Assembly (NCBI GenBank): GCA_016214105.1 | Contig: JACRPD010000023.1 | Location: 1 to 40,193 of the forward strand | Length of the DNA: 40,193 bases | DNA from: Candidatus Magasanikiibacteriota bacterium | GTDB lineage: Bacteria; Patescibacteriota; Patescibacteriia; Magasanikbacterales; UBA922 | Direction of reading: 5' to 3' | In this document: one piece after another, positions 22,069 through 30,701 of the stretch | Layout of the letters: each line of letters begins with the position of its first letter | Numbering within the stretch: position 1 is the stretch's first letter | Position numbers and translations under genes: made by a program | Notes under the pieces: generated by a model | The model's database searches: none | Told to the model about the DNA's origin: nothing | What the model saw: only the letters and a program-made list of their open reading frames with translations

Positions 22069-23793
22069 ATGCTCCCAGAGAAGCTATTAAACGTCCTACT
22101 GAAAGAACATTTTAAAATCAGCGGCGCTGACTTGAAATCGTATTACGCCAAAGCGCAAAAAGTAAAAAAAACGCTGGAACAGTATATATTGGACGAAAAC
22201 ATTGTTGACGAAACCGGGCTCTATACCGAAGTGGCCAAAGGCATGGCTGTGCCGTTTATTGAATTGGGCGGGAAAGAGATCAAAAAAGAGGTGCTTAATC
22301 TGGTGCCGCCGCCCTTCGCGCAAACGCATGAGATTGTCGCCTTTGACAAGAGTTCCACCGAACTCAAACTTGCCACGCTGGATCCTGATGACATCCAGAG
22401 CATTGAATTCCTGCACCGCAAGACCGGTCTCAATCCCAAGGTCTATATGACGACCCCTTCCGGCATCAGGGAAGCGCTAAGGCGCTATCACGCTGATTTG
22501 GAAAGCGATATTGCCATCACCCAGCTCACGGACGGCGAACAGGACACCGGTGATTTGAAAAAAGCGGCGCAAGAATTGCCAATTATCCATATCGTCAACA
22601 GCATTCTGGAACACGCGGTATTTGAAGAAGCGAGCGATATCCATATTGAACCAACGGAAAAAGAAATTGTTGTCCGCTACCGAGTGGATGGCCTCCTGCA
22701 TCCGGTGATGAATCTGCCCAAAGCGGTTAAAAGCGGCATTGTGGCGAGAATTAAAATTTTGGCGAATTTAAAAATTGATGAACACATGAAGCCGCAGGAT
22801 GGTCGCATCAAGATTCAAATTCAAGATGAAAAATTAGCCATGCGTGTGTCTATCATCCCGGTTTATGATGGCGAGAAAATTGTCATGCGTATTTTGCATG
22901 AAGGGCAAAAACCTCTGCCGCTTGACGCTTTGGGATTCTTACCCGGGCCAAAAAAGCTGGTTGAGGAAGCGATCAAAAAACCGCACGGCATAATTTTAGT
23001 CACCGGCCCGACTGGCTCCGGCAAAACTACCACACTCTATTCTTTGTTGGGCATTTTAAATCAGCCAAACGTAAACATTTCCACGATTGAAGACCCGATT
23101 GAATATCATGTTCAGGGCGTGAACCAAAGCCAAATAAATCCGCAGGTGGGCTTCACTTTTGCCGCCGGCTTGCGCGCATTTTTGCGCCAAGATCCGAATA
23201 TTATCATGGTTGGCGAAATCCGCGATGAAGAAACCGCGGAAATCGCCATCCACGCGGCCATGACCGGGCATCTTGTGTTATCCACTCTCCATACTAACGA
23301 TGCCCCAACCACCCTGCCCCGTCTTTTAGACATGGGCGTGCCGCCATTTTTAATTGCGTTTACCGCCAATATTATTGTGGCTCAACGACTAATCCGCAAA
23401 AATTGCGAATTTTGCAAAAAAGAATACAAGCTGGAAAAGGCGGCGGTTAACGAACTGGGAAAACTGTTTGATGTTAAAAAACTCACGTCGCTTTTTACCG
23501 ACCAAGGCATAAAACTGGACGCGAAAGAAAAAACTTTGGAAAGCATGACTTTTTACCAGGGCGAGGGCTGCCGGCGCTGCGGCAATAGCGGTCACAAAGG
23601 CCGGGTTGGCATTTATGAAGTGCTGGAAGTTGATCCGGAATTGGCGCAAAAAATCAATCAGCGCGCCACCGCGGATGTTATCAAAGAATACGCGCGCAAA
23701 AAAGGCATGCTAACCATGATGGAAGACGGACTGGTCAAAGCCAAACAAGGCATAACCACGATTGGGGAAGTATTGCGAGCGACTAGAGAATAA
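22069..23793 (+). CDS. pilB: Type IV pilus assembly ATPase (GspE/PilB family)
   Basis: Walker A motif GPTGSGKTTT, GEIRD, TGHLVLSTLHTN, and the CxxC...CxxC tetracysteine motif (CEFC, CRRC). Confidence 0.9.
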   Translation: MLPEKLLNVLLKEHFKISGADLKSYYAKAQKVKKTLEQYILDENIVDETGLYTEVAKGMAVPFIELGGKEIKKEVLNLVPPPFAQTHEIVAFDKSSTELKLATLDPDDIQSIEFLHRKTGLNPKVYMTTPSGIREALRRYHADLESDIAITQLTDGEQDTGDLKKAAQELPIIHIVNSILEHAVFEEASDIHIEPTEKEIVVRYRVDGLLHPVMNLPKAVKSGIVARIKILANLKIDEHMKPQDGRIKIQIQDEKLAMRVSIIPVYDGEKIVMRILHEGQKPLPLDALGFLPGPKKLVEEAIKKPHGIILVTGPTGSGKTTTLYSLLGILNQPNVNISTIEDPIEYHVQGVNQSQINPQVGFTFAAGLRAFLRQDPNIIMVGEIRDEETAEIAIHAAMTGHLVLSTLHTNDAPTTLPRLLDMGVPPFLIAFTANIIVAQRLIRKNCEFCKKEYKLEKAAVNELGKLFDVKKLTSLFTDQGIKLDAKEKTLESMTFYQGEGCRRCGNSGHKGRVGIYEVLEVDPELAQKINQRATADVIKEYARKKGMLTMMEDGLVKAKQGITTIGEVLRATRE

Positions 23794-23798
23794 AAATT

Positions 23799-24911
23799 AT
23801 GGAAAAAAACAAAAAAATATCACCCTTTGAACAAAAATTGAATGATTTTGTCACCAAATACCTGACCAGTATTCCTTTTGTGCAAAAAATGTTTTTTGTT
23901 GAGCATCTCCACACGATGATACACGCGGGACTATCGGTGGTTGAATCATTGGATGTGTTAAGCAAAGAAATCGAAAATCAAAAATTAAAACTGGTGATCG
24001 CGGCCATCAAATCAGACGTAGAAAAGGGACAAACTTTAAGCGAGGCGTTAGCAAAGCACCCAAAAGCCTTCCCACCGATTTACGTGCAGATGATCGCGGC
24101 CGGTGAAGTGGCGGGAAAACTTGAAGAATCCCTGCGCCAAGTAATGATTCAAATGCGCAAAACTCACGAGCTGATGTCCAGCATCCGCGGAGCGATGATC
24201 TATCCGTCAGTGATTATCGCGGCGATGGGCGGCATCGGCGTTATGATGGTTACCGTGGTTCTGCCGAAATTGATAACTTTATTTAACGAATTTGACGCGG
24301 AATTGCCATTAGCCACCAGAATCCTTATTATTATCACGAATTTTGCCAGCAGTCCGATAAACATGGTTCTTATTGTTATTATTGCCATCGGGGTAATCAT
24401 GTTATTCGTTTCTTCGCTGCGTAAATTCCCGAATTTCAAACGCTTTGTCCACAAAATTAATCTGCGCCTGCCGATTTTTGGGAAAATAATGAAAAAAATA
24501 AATCTGGCCAGATTTTCGCTCACGCTATCATCGCTGTTGAAAAGCACGATCCCGATAATTGACGCGGTGGAAATTACCGCCGACACTTGCGGCAATGTGA
24601 TTTATCGCGACACCATTAAACAGGCCGCTGAAAAAATAAAAACCGGCGCGCCGTTATCCGAAATTTTAAGCCAAAATCACGCGCTTTTCCCGCCGATGGT
24701 GACGGAAATGATCATGGTCGGCGAGCGCACCGGAGAAGTCCAGCAATTGCTGGATGAGTTGGCTGAATTCTACGGTAGCGAGGTTGACAAAACCATGAAG
24801 AATTTCACGGCGATTATTGAACCGGTTATTATTATTCTTTTGGGCATCGCCGTCGCTTTCATGGCCATCGCCGTGATTATGCCGATGTACTCGTTAGTGC
24901 AAAATTTTTGA
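23799..24911 (+). CDS. pilC: Type IV pilus platform protein (GspF/PilC family)
   Basis: Two GspF repeats (LSEALAKHPKAFPPIYVQMIAAGEVAGKLEE and LSEILSQNHALFPPMVTEMIMVGERTGEVQQ). Confidence 0.9.
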   Translation: MEKNKKISPFEQKLNDFVTKYLTSIPFVQKMFFVEHLHTMIHAGLSVVESLDVLSKEIENQKLKLVIAAIKSDVEKGQTLSEALAKHPKAFPPIYVQMIAAGEVAGKLEESLRQVMIQMRKTHELMSSIRGAMIYPSVIIAAMGGIGVMMVTVVLPKLITLFNEFDAELPLATRILIIITNFASSPINMVLIVIIAIGVIMLFVSSLRKFPNFKRFVHKINLRLPIFGKIMKKINLARFSLTLSSLLKSTIPIIDAVEITADTCGNVIYRDTIKQAAEKIKTGAPLSEILSQNHALFPPMVTEMIMVGERTGEVQQLLDELAEFYGSEVDKTMKNFTAIIEPVIIILLGIAVAFMAIAVIMPMYSLVQNF

Positions 24912-24914
24912 TTT

Positions 24915-26018
24915 ATGTTCACCAACCCGTTTCCCAATGCTTTTGGCTTGGATATTGGCGATCTGTCGGTCAAACTGATTCAGCTTCGCAATCGTTCGCT
25001 GTTATACAGAGAGCCATATTATGAATTGGTGAACATAAGGAATATATCTCTGCCGCCCGGCCTGATTGTCAACGGCGAACTCCAACAGCCGGAAGAAGTG
25101 CGCCAAAGAATTGCCAAGATGTCGCGCGGAATGGCAGCCAAACAAAAGCCGGTCCGCAGTCCTTGGGTCGTAGCCGCCCTGCCGGAAACGCAAAGTTTTA
25201 TTAAAATGATCCAAATAAAAAAACCGCTGGCTGAATTGATTGACGCCGACATTCTCATTGCCGCCAAAAAACACATACCGTTTGATGAGGATAATTATTA
25301 CTTGCAGTGGCAAATCATACCAAATGGCGGCGGCCAGTCAACCACCAATGTTTTAATCGGCGCCACGCCAAAACTTATTGCTGACAGCTACACCTATTTG
25401 CTGGAAAGTCTGGGATTGGGAGTTATCGCGCTGGAAATAGAAGCATTAGCCATCACCCGCAGCATGATTACCGCGAAAAAAGCATACCTTGACGAAGCGC
25501 GGGTGATTCTGGACATCGGCGCCTCCAGATCGTGTCTGATTGTGCATGATCATGGTATAATTCAATTCAGCACCTCTCTGCCTTTTTCCGGAGAAATTAT
25601 AACCACCGCCATCGCTCAAGCGCTTCACCTGACTAACGAAGAAGCGGAGGCGATAAAATTAGAGCAGGGTCTAAATTTTAAGCAAAATCGGCGCAACAGC
25701 TGGACGGCGCTGGTAAAATTAACTGATGATTTTGTTGATTCAATAAAAAACGCGATTGACTTCTATTATTCCCACTTCCCGGAGGCCAACCGCATCACCC
25801 GCATCGTCATGTGCGGCGGCGGATCAAACTTAAAACGGCTGGATCGCATAATATCGGCCAAATTGAAAATAACGGCCCGGCCCGGCAATCCGTGGAAAAA
25901 CCTTTCCGCCACAAAAGACATCGGATTATCGCCGGAGAAAGCTATCAGCTACGCCACGGCCATTGGTTTGGGTTTGCGGGCGGCCGACAATCCATTTTTC
26001 ACTAAATACCTGATATGA
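24915..26018 (+). CDS. pilM: Type IV pilus assembly protein PilM (actin-like ATPase fold)
   Basis: GLDIGDLSVKLIQL, ILDIGASRSCLIV, IVMCGGGSNL. Confidence 0.85.
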   Translation: MFTNPFPNAFGLDIGDLSVKLIQLRNRSLLYREPYYELVNIRNISLPPGLIVNGELQQPEEVRQRIAKMSRGMAAKQKPVRSPWVVAALPETQSFIKMIQIKKPLAELIDADILIAAKKHIPFDEDNYYLQWQIIPNGGGQSTTNVLIGATPKLIADSYTYLLESLGLGVIALEIEALAITRSMITAKKAYLDEARVILDIGASRSCLIVHDHGIIQFSTSLPFSGEIITTAIAQALHLTNEEAEAIKLEQGLNFKQNRRNSWTALVKLTDDFVDSIKNAIDFYYSHFPEANRITRIVMCGGGSNLKRLDRIISAKLKITARPGNPWKNLSATKDIGLSPEKAISYATAIGLGLRAADNPFFTKYLI

Positions 26019-26542
26019 TACCCTGCCGGATTAATTTAATTTCGCCGATCAAGCGCCAACGGCTTCAAACTACTGTTCGCTTTCAATTTATCAAAAATAT
26101 ATTAGAGATTGTTTTAATTGTCACTTGCGTTATCGGTATCGCGATGCTAGGCGGCGAATGGGTATTGGGCAGTTATTTTAACGACCTGAATATAACAATT
26201 TCTTCTTTGCAAAATCGCTACGCCGAAACCAATAAAACTATTAGAACCATTAATGAAAAGCTTAAACGAATTGATTTTATTCAGAATTTATACCAGCCGG
26301 TGTCTCCGCTGTTGCCGGATATCGCCGCGGCCATGCCTGACGGCGCGAACTTAACGGCATTAAACCTGGATCTAAAAAACAAAAACCTAAGCTTAATCGG
26401 ATTCGCCGCCAACCGCGATGATTTGCTAATCCTTCAATCGCGGCTGGAAAAAATCGCGTGGATTCAAACCGTTGATATCCCGGTTGACCAGCTTACCAAA
26501 AAAGACAATATCAATTTTTCTTTTTCAGCGGCGATTAAATAA
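26015..26542 (+). CDS. pilN: PilN-like fimbrial assembly protein
   Basis: N-terminal INLISP motif followed by a single TM helix. C-terminal LSLIGFAANRDDLLILQSRLEK. The start overlaps the pilM stop in ATGA. Confidence 0.65.
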   Translation: MIPCRINLISPIKRQRLQTTVRFQFIKNILEIVLIVTCVIGIAMLGGEWVLGSYFNDLNITISSLQNRYAETNKTIRTINEKLKRIDFIQNLYQPVSPLLPDIAAAMPDGANLTALNLDLKNKNLSLIGFAANRDDLLILQSRLEKIAWIQTVDIPVDQLTKKDNINFSFSAAIK

Positions 26543-26543
26543 T

Positions 26544-27152
26544 ATGCAACGCTTGACCCTTACTCAAAAAATTCTACTGACACTCGGCCTCATTGTGGCG
26601 ATTTTGCTGGCCATTTTGGGAGGCATTATTTATCCGGTGGCGCGGAAGATCTATCGTCTGCAAAAAGAAATCAACCAAGTGGAAGCGGAACTGGAAAAAC
26701 GCTATGAAAACTCGCAAAAACTCAAACGCACGGTCAAAGAAATGGACGAGATAACGAAAAACACGAATCAGCTGGCGCAGACAATGATCGCGGCCGGCGG
26801 CGAACTAAGCATGATCACTGAACTGGAAAATCTCGCGGAAAAAAATCACATAACGCAAAATCTGGAAGTGGCTTTCAAAGAAATAAAAGATGAAGCGCCG
26901 CGCGCCGCCGGAGCCTCTGGCGAAGGAGCGCCGCGCGCCGGCCTTACTAATTTTTATCTGCTGAATGTTTCTAATCAAGGTGAATTTGCCGACCATGTCC
27001 GTTATCTGTCCGAGTTGGAAAAAATGCCTTTTTATCTTATCACTGACAATATAAAATGGGAAAAAAGAAAAGAAGACAAGACCGGGAAATCCACCATCAG
27101 CTTAAATTTTAGCGGCATTATTTATGTTGACCCGACATCCATCAAAAAATAA
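26544..27152 (+). CDS. pilO: PilO-like protein (TM helix plus coiled coil)
   Basis: The ATG at 26544 follows the pilN stop by 1 nt. It has an N-terminal TM helix, then a coiled coil. The call rests on position and architecture, not on motif identity. Confidence 0.5.
   Translation: MQRLTLTQKILLTLGLIVAILLAILGGIIYPVARKIYRLQKEINQVEAELEKRYENSQKLKRTVKEMDEITKNTNQLAQTMIAAGGELSMITELENLAEKNHITQNLEVAFKEIKDEAPRAAGASGEGAPRAGLTNFYLLNVSNQGEFADHVRYLSELEKMPFYLITDNIKWEKRKEDKTGKSTISLNFSGIIYVDPTSIKK
26895..26940 (+). repeat. In-frame GC-rich partial tandem duplication in the pilO-like gene
   Basis: The 13-nt sequence GCGCCGCGCGCCG occurs at 26895-26907 and 26928-26940 (offset 33 nt). It encodes APRAAGASGEGAPRAG. 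Confidence 0.7.
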
Positions 27153-27465
27153 ACGTGTGATTTTGCTGGCGGAATATAAAGAATATGAACGCTTGCATCT
27201 AATCAGTATTGCCGCGGCGATATTAATCGCCATCGGCGTTGGTGTTACCTTGTTTTTCCTCTACACCAACATCTACCAATCTATCAGCAAAACCCGCGAA
27301 GTTCTTCTCACCGACCCCGCCTTGAACGTGGAAACGATTGATTTTAACAAATATGATAAAGTGATGGCGGCCCGGGAGAAAAAAATCAACGCGGAGACGC
27401 CAGCAATAACGCGCGACCCGTTTGTATTTGTCGCCAAGCCAAACGCGACTTCCACCAAGCAATGA
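27124..27465 (+). CDS. Small single-pass membrane protein, last gene of the pilus block
   Basis: 113-aa ORF with one TM helix (ISIAAAILIAIGVGVTLFFLY). No prepilin motif is present. Confidence 0.45.
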   Translation: MLTRHPSKNKRVILLAEYKEYERLHLISIAAAILIAIGVGVTLFFLYTNIYQSISKTREVLLTDPALNVETIDFNKYDKVMAAREKKINAETPAITRDPFVFVAKPNATSTKQ

Positions 27466-27469
27466 AGCT

Positions 27470-28621
27470 ATGAAGTATTTGTTCCAGCTCGGGCATCAAC
27501 CGCAAATTTCCGCCGCTGAAATAACAGCGGTTTTGTCACTTAAACATCCAAACATCAAAACACTTGCGCACTTGCGCACTTGCGCACTGAAACATCAAGA
27601 GGCTTTCTTAATTTTAGAAATAGACCAACAGTTAAATTGCGCAGATTTGATTGGAACCCTTGGCGGGACGATAAAAATCGCGCGGCAAATTGAAACGAGC
27701 ATTCCCGCGCATCTTAATCAAACCCAGCCGACCGGCAAAATCATTTTTTCTCTGCCGGACAAAACGCTGGCAATAAAAATTAAGAAAGAATTAAAGCAAT
27801 CCGGACGTTCGGTGCGTTATATTGAACCAAAAAATACCGCGACGATTTTGCATAACAATTTGGTTGAACTTGGCGGCGACCTGACAATCATCAATAACGA
27901 AATTTTCGCGACAGAAGCTATCCAGCCGTTTGAAGAATTCAGCCAACGCGATTATGGCCGACCAGGCAGTGATGACAGAAGCGGAATGCTGCCGCCTAAA
28001 CTGGCGCGTATTTTGATCAACTTGTCGCAAACGCCGAAAGACGCGACCCTTCTTGACCCATTCTGCGGCTCCGGCACTATCCTTACCGAAGCCTCAACGC
28101 TGGGCTATACAAATTTAATCGGTTCCGACATCAGCGAAAAAGCGATTAAAAATACTAAAGAAAATTTAGACTGGCTCGCCAAACAATTTAACAATTTAAC
28201 AATTCAACAATCATCAACTACTAAACTATTCCAAAGCGATGCCGCCAAATTATCAAATAAACTCCAACCACACTCTATTAACACCATCATTACCGAACCC
28301 CTCCTCGGCAAGCCGCTGACTGGCAGGGAAAATAAAGAACAATTGCGCTCCCAAGCCGACGAGTTGGCAAAATTATACATTGATTCTTTTAAAGCGTTCG
28401 CTAAAATTCTAAAACCTGACGGCGTGGTATTGTTTATCATTCCAAAATTCAAATTTAAAAACGAGTGGGTGGAGATTACTTGCGTGGAAGAAATAAAAAA
28501 GACCGGCTTTGCGGCCGTTCCATTTGAAATACTCGGCAGTTCACCTGTTGAGCATCTCGCCTACCACCGTCCCAATCAACATTTGGCGAGGACGATTTGG
28601 CGGTTTGTAAAAAATAGATAG
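27470..28621 (+). CDS. SAM-dependent RNA methyltransferase (UPF0020/Trm11-like)
   Basis: LLDPFCGSGTILTEA is a SAM motif I. ITEPLLGKP sits at the motif IV position. The ATG at 27470 is preferred over the start at 27422. Confidence 0.7.
   Translation: MKYLFQLGHQPQISAAEITAVLSLKHPNIKTLAHLRTCALKHQEAFLILEIDQQLNCADLIGTLGGTIKIARQIETSIPAHLNQTQPTGKIIFSLPDKTLAIKIKKELKQSGRSVRYIEPKNTATILHNNLVELGGDLTIINNEIFATEAIQPFEEFSQRDYGRPGSDDRSGMLPPKLARILINLSQTPKDATLLDPFCGSGTILTEASTLGYTNLIGSDISEKAIKNTKENLDWLAKQFNNLTIQQSSTTKLFQSDAAKLSNKLQPHSINTIITEPLLGKPLTGRENKEQLRSQADELAKLYIDSFKAFAKILKPDGVVLFIIPKFKFKNEWVEITCVEEIKKTGFAAVPFEILGSSPVEHLAYHRPNQHLARTIWRFVKNR
27542..27600 (+). repeat. In-frame unit-repeat tract: AAACATC flanks around (CTTGCGCA)x3
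   Basis: AAACATCCAAACATCAAAACACTTGCGCACTTGCGCACTTGCGCACTGAAACATCAAGA. It encodes KHPNIKTLAHLRTCALKHQE and contains three palindromic TGCGCA sites 8 nt apart. Confidence 0.75.
28181..28218 (+). repeat. In-frame CAATTTAA-unit tract (copy a)
   Basis: AAACAATTTAACAATTTAACAATTCAACAATCATCAAC encodes KQFNNLTIQQSS. Confidence 0.8.
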
Positions 28622-28628
28622 ATTTTGG

Positions 28629-28692
28629 TCCCCTCTCCTCCTGCCTCCCCGTTCGGCTGAGCGCTCACGACGAAGCCCTACGAGGGGGAGGA
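28629..28692. repeat. GC-rich palindromic element R4 (variant), probably a terminator between convergent genes
   Basis: CCTCCCC (28644-28650) pairs with GGGGAGG (28685-28691). An inner 10-nt palindrome TGAGCGCTCA lies at 28658-28667. It is followed by T6. Confidence 0.55.
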
Positions 28693-28702
28693 ATTTTTTC
28701 TC

Positions 28703-30556
28703 TTAAAGATACACTCTCTCCACCTTCACCCCGGTATAATAATACTTCAATAATTCCTCAAAGCTCAAACCCTCTTTATCCGCGCGGATCGCCGCGTCGC
28801 GCTGGCTCATGCCCACGCCATGGCCCTTTTTTGTTCTGCCGCTATCATACCCGGTCTTGACCGGTTGCAGCCATGGCTTATCAGTCCCACCCCACACACT
28901 CTTCCAGCTTTTGGTCCAGCCGTTGCTGTTGCCAAAATACGGCGTAGTAACAATTTCATTATTATAAGTAACCATAATACCGCGTGTGTCTTTGGCCGCC
29001 TGCGCCACGTTGCTCATCGCCATTTCTGAATCATAACCCAAATAAAGCTGGTCATAGGTGTTTGCTATTACATCAAAAAATGGATATTTGCCTCTATTGA
29101 AATAAGCGTAATTGCGCGCCGCCACTATATTGGCTTTAATAAACTCAATCGGCACCTTGTTGCTTGTTTCCGCCAAGCCGGCGACATAATCTTCAAGAAG
29201 CAAGTCATTTACTACATAGAATTTGCCGTCCACTTCACCACGGCGAAACTCAACCGCGCCGCGATAATGATTATGATCTCCGGCTGTTACCCATTTGGCC
29301 GCGCGTTTCAAATTAAAAACTGTGAATACCGCGTGCTGATCAGACTGCGGCGATAATCGGACATACTGCGGCGAAGAAAATTCCAAACCGCCGCCGTCAA
29401 AACTGTATTCACCGTCTTTATAGCGTAAAATCGCGATTTTGTTCTTTGGCAACACCCCTTTTGTCTCTCCGTCAACGGAAATAATATAATCGTCATTAGC
29501 AGACATGAATTGCATATGCGCATCATCGTCTAAATTGATGCCGACTCTCAACCGCGGCTCCTCGGTCAAACGCGGAACAAATGCCTCAACCGCTTCGGAA
29601 AAAATTGGCGTCTGGTAATTTTCTGGCGCGTCTTCTATCACTTCCACCGGAACCTCCACTTCAATCTCTTTCAATTCATTGCCATCAACTTCAACCAAAA
29701 ACTTCGCGACATAATTTCCTTTTTTAGCCGGCGTGCGAAAATTAAATGTCAAACGCAGAAAACCATCCGGCGTCACGCTTTCTTCTCCGCTCAACGCTGT
29801 TTGCGCGTCCGTCCATGTCGCGTCGGCAAAACTTGGCCCCCCCAAGCTTGCCACGGTCGCCGGTTCAACAAATTTAACCTTGTACTTTTGCCAAACCGCC
29901 GCACCTTTATTCATTAAAGTCAAAATCTGTTTAATTTTTTCGCCGCCGACAGCCGCCACTTGCTTCTTGCCCAATCCAACTCGTTTTGCCTGATATTCAC
30001 TATTGCTGATTTTTTCTTTAACGACGAAATCGTTGCCGGCCGGCTCTGACACCGCTGGTTTTGGCCTTTCAATCACTTTAATTTTCAAGAAAAAATAACC
30101 GCCTTTCACCCAAGAATAATTTTCCGCGGCTAAATAAAATTTTTCCAAGTACTCACCGATTTTCTCCGGCGCTTTTAATGCAATCGCTAATTCTCCGATT
30201 TCATTCGGCGATACTTTGCCAGAAATTTTAGCTGTCTGTTTGCCGCTCAACCAGTCAGAGCCCTTAAAAACTGAAACGCGGTTTCGCGAATCCATGGTAT
30301 AAGCGGAAATAAAACGGCTGCCTGATGAATTCCAAGCAACAGCGCCGATATTCTTAAATTTTAATTTAATCGTTGTGGTTTCTCCAGCGGTAATTGTAAT
30401 TGGGTCGCTGATTGACTGCGACACAAATTTTGCCGCGTATGCCTCATCTTTTATTTTTACTTCCGGTTCAGCGGCTTTAGCTGTGTTGAGCCAAAAAAAC
30501 GAATAAAACGCGGTTATAATAACCAAAAATAGGAGTTTTCGTTTGTCACTTTTCAT
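28703..30556 (-). CDS. SpoIID/LytB-domain cell-wall protein with N-terminal Ig-like repeats
   Basis: The C-terminal part (YRGAVEFRR..., VAARNYAY, TYDQLYLGY, TTPYFGNSNGWT, GHGVGMSQRDA) is SpoIID-like. The signal peptide starts at the ATG at 30556. The track extension to 30946 crosses the promoter and repeat region. Confidence 0.85.
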   Translation of the reverse strand: MKSDKRKLLFLVIITAFYSFFWLNTAKAAEPEVKIKDEAYAAKFVSQSISDPITITAGETTTIKLKFKNIGAVAWNSSGSRFISAYTMDSRNRVSVFKGSDWLSGKQTAKISGKVSPNEIGELAIALKAPEKIGEYLEKFYLAAENYSWVKGGYFFLKIKVIERPKPAVSEPAGNDFVVKEKISNSEYQAKRVGLGKKQVAAVGGEKIKQILTLMNKGAAVWQKYKVKFVEPATVASLGGPSFADATWTDAQTALSGEESVTPDGFLRLTFNFRTPAKKGNYVAKFLVEVDGNELKEIEVEVPVEVIEDAPENYQTPIFSEAVEAFVPRLTEEPRLRVGINLDDDAHMQFMSANDDYIISVDGETKGVLPKNKIAILRYKDGEYSFDGGGLEFSSPQYVRLSPQSDQHAVFTVFNLKRAAKWVTAGDHNHYRGAVEFRRGEVDGKFYVVNDLLLEDYVAGLAETSNKVPIEFIKANIVAARNYAYFNRGKYPFFDVIANTYDQLYLGYDSEMAMSNVAQAAKDTRGIMVTYNNEIVTTPYFGNSNGWTKSWKSVWGGTDKPWLQPVKTGYDSGRTKKGHGVGMSQRDAAIRADKEGLSFEELLKYYYTGVKVERVYL

Positions 30557-30565
30557 AGTAAGATA

Positions 30566-30594
30566 ATTATAGCAAAAAACCAATAAACCAACAA
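30566..30594 (-). promoter_or_regulatory. Promoter for the SpoIID-like gene (extended -10)
   Basis: The minus strand reads TTGTTG (30594-30589), a 17-nt spacer ending in TGC, then TATAAT (30571-30566). The -10 box ends only 9 nt before the ATG, implying a near-leaderless mRNA. Confidence 0.45.
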
Positions 30595-30603
30595 TCCAGG
30601 TGG

Positions 30604-30632
30604 TTGATTTTAAAGTGGAAAAATGATAATAT
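30604..30632 (+). promoter_or_regulatory. Promoter for the flippase / O-antigen-ligase genes
   Basis: TTGATT (30604-30609), a 17-nt spacer, then TAATAT (30627-30632). Confidence 0.45.
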
Positions 30633-30646
30633 TTAAAGACAGTGAA

Positions 30647-30686
30647 CCACCTCACCCCTGCCCCCTCTCCTTCTAAAGGAGAGGGG
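30647..30686 (+). repeat. GC-rich palindromic repeat family, copy R5, in the flippase 5' leader
   Basis: CCACCTCACCCCTGCCCCCTCTCCTTCTAAAGGAGAGGGG. Confidence 0.8.
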
Positions 30687-30701
30687 AACTTCATCCCACC
30701 T

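Noticed and set aside
27511-27533. Terminator-like hairpin CCGCTG-AAATAA-CAGCGG followed by TTTTG, 40 nt into the methyltransferase CDS. It could be an attenuator.
   Set aside because: The stem is only 6 bp. It lies inside a well-supported reading frame encoding a conserved-looking N-terminus. There is no leader peptide or alternative structure, so it is most likely fortuitous.
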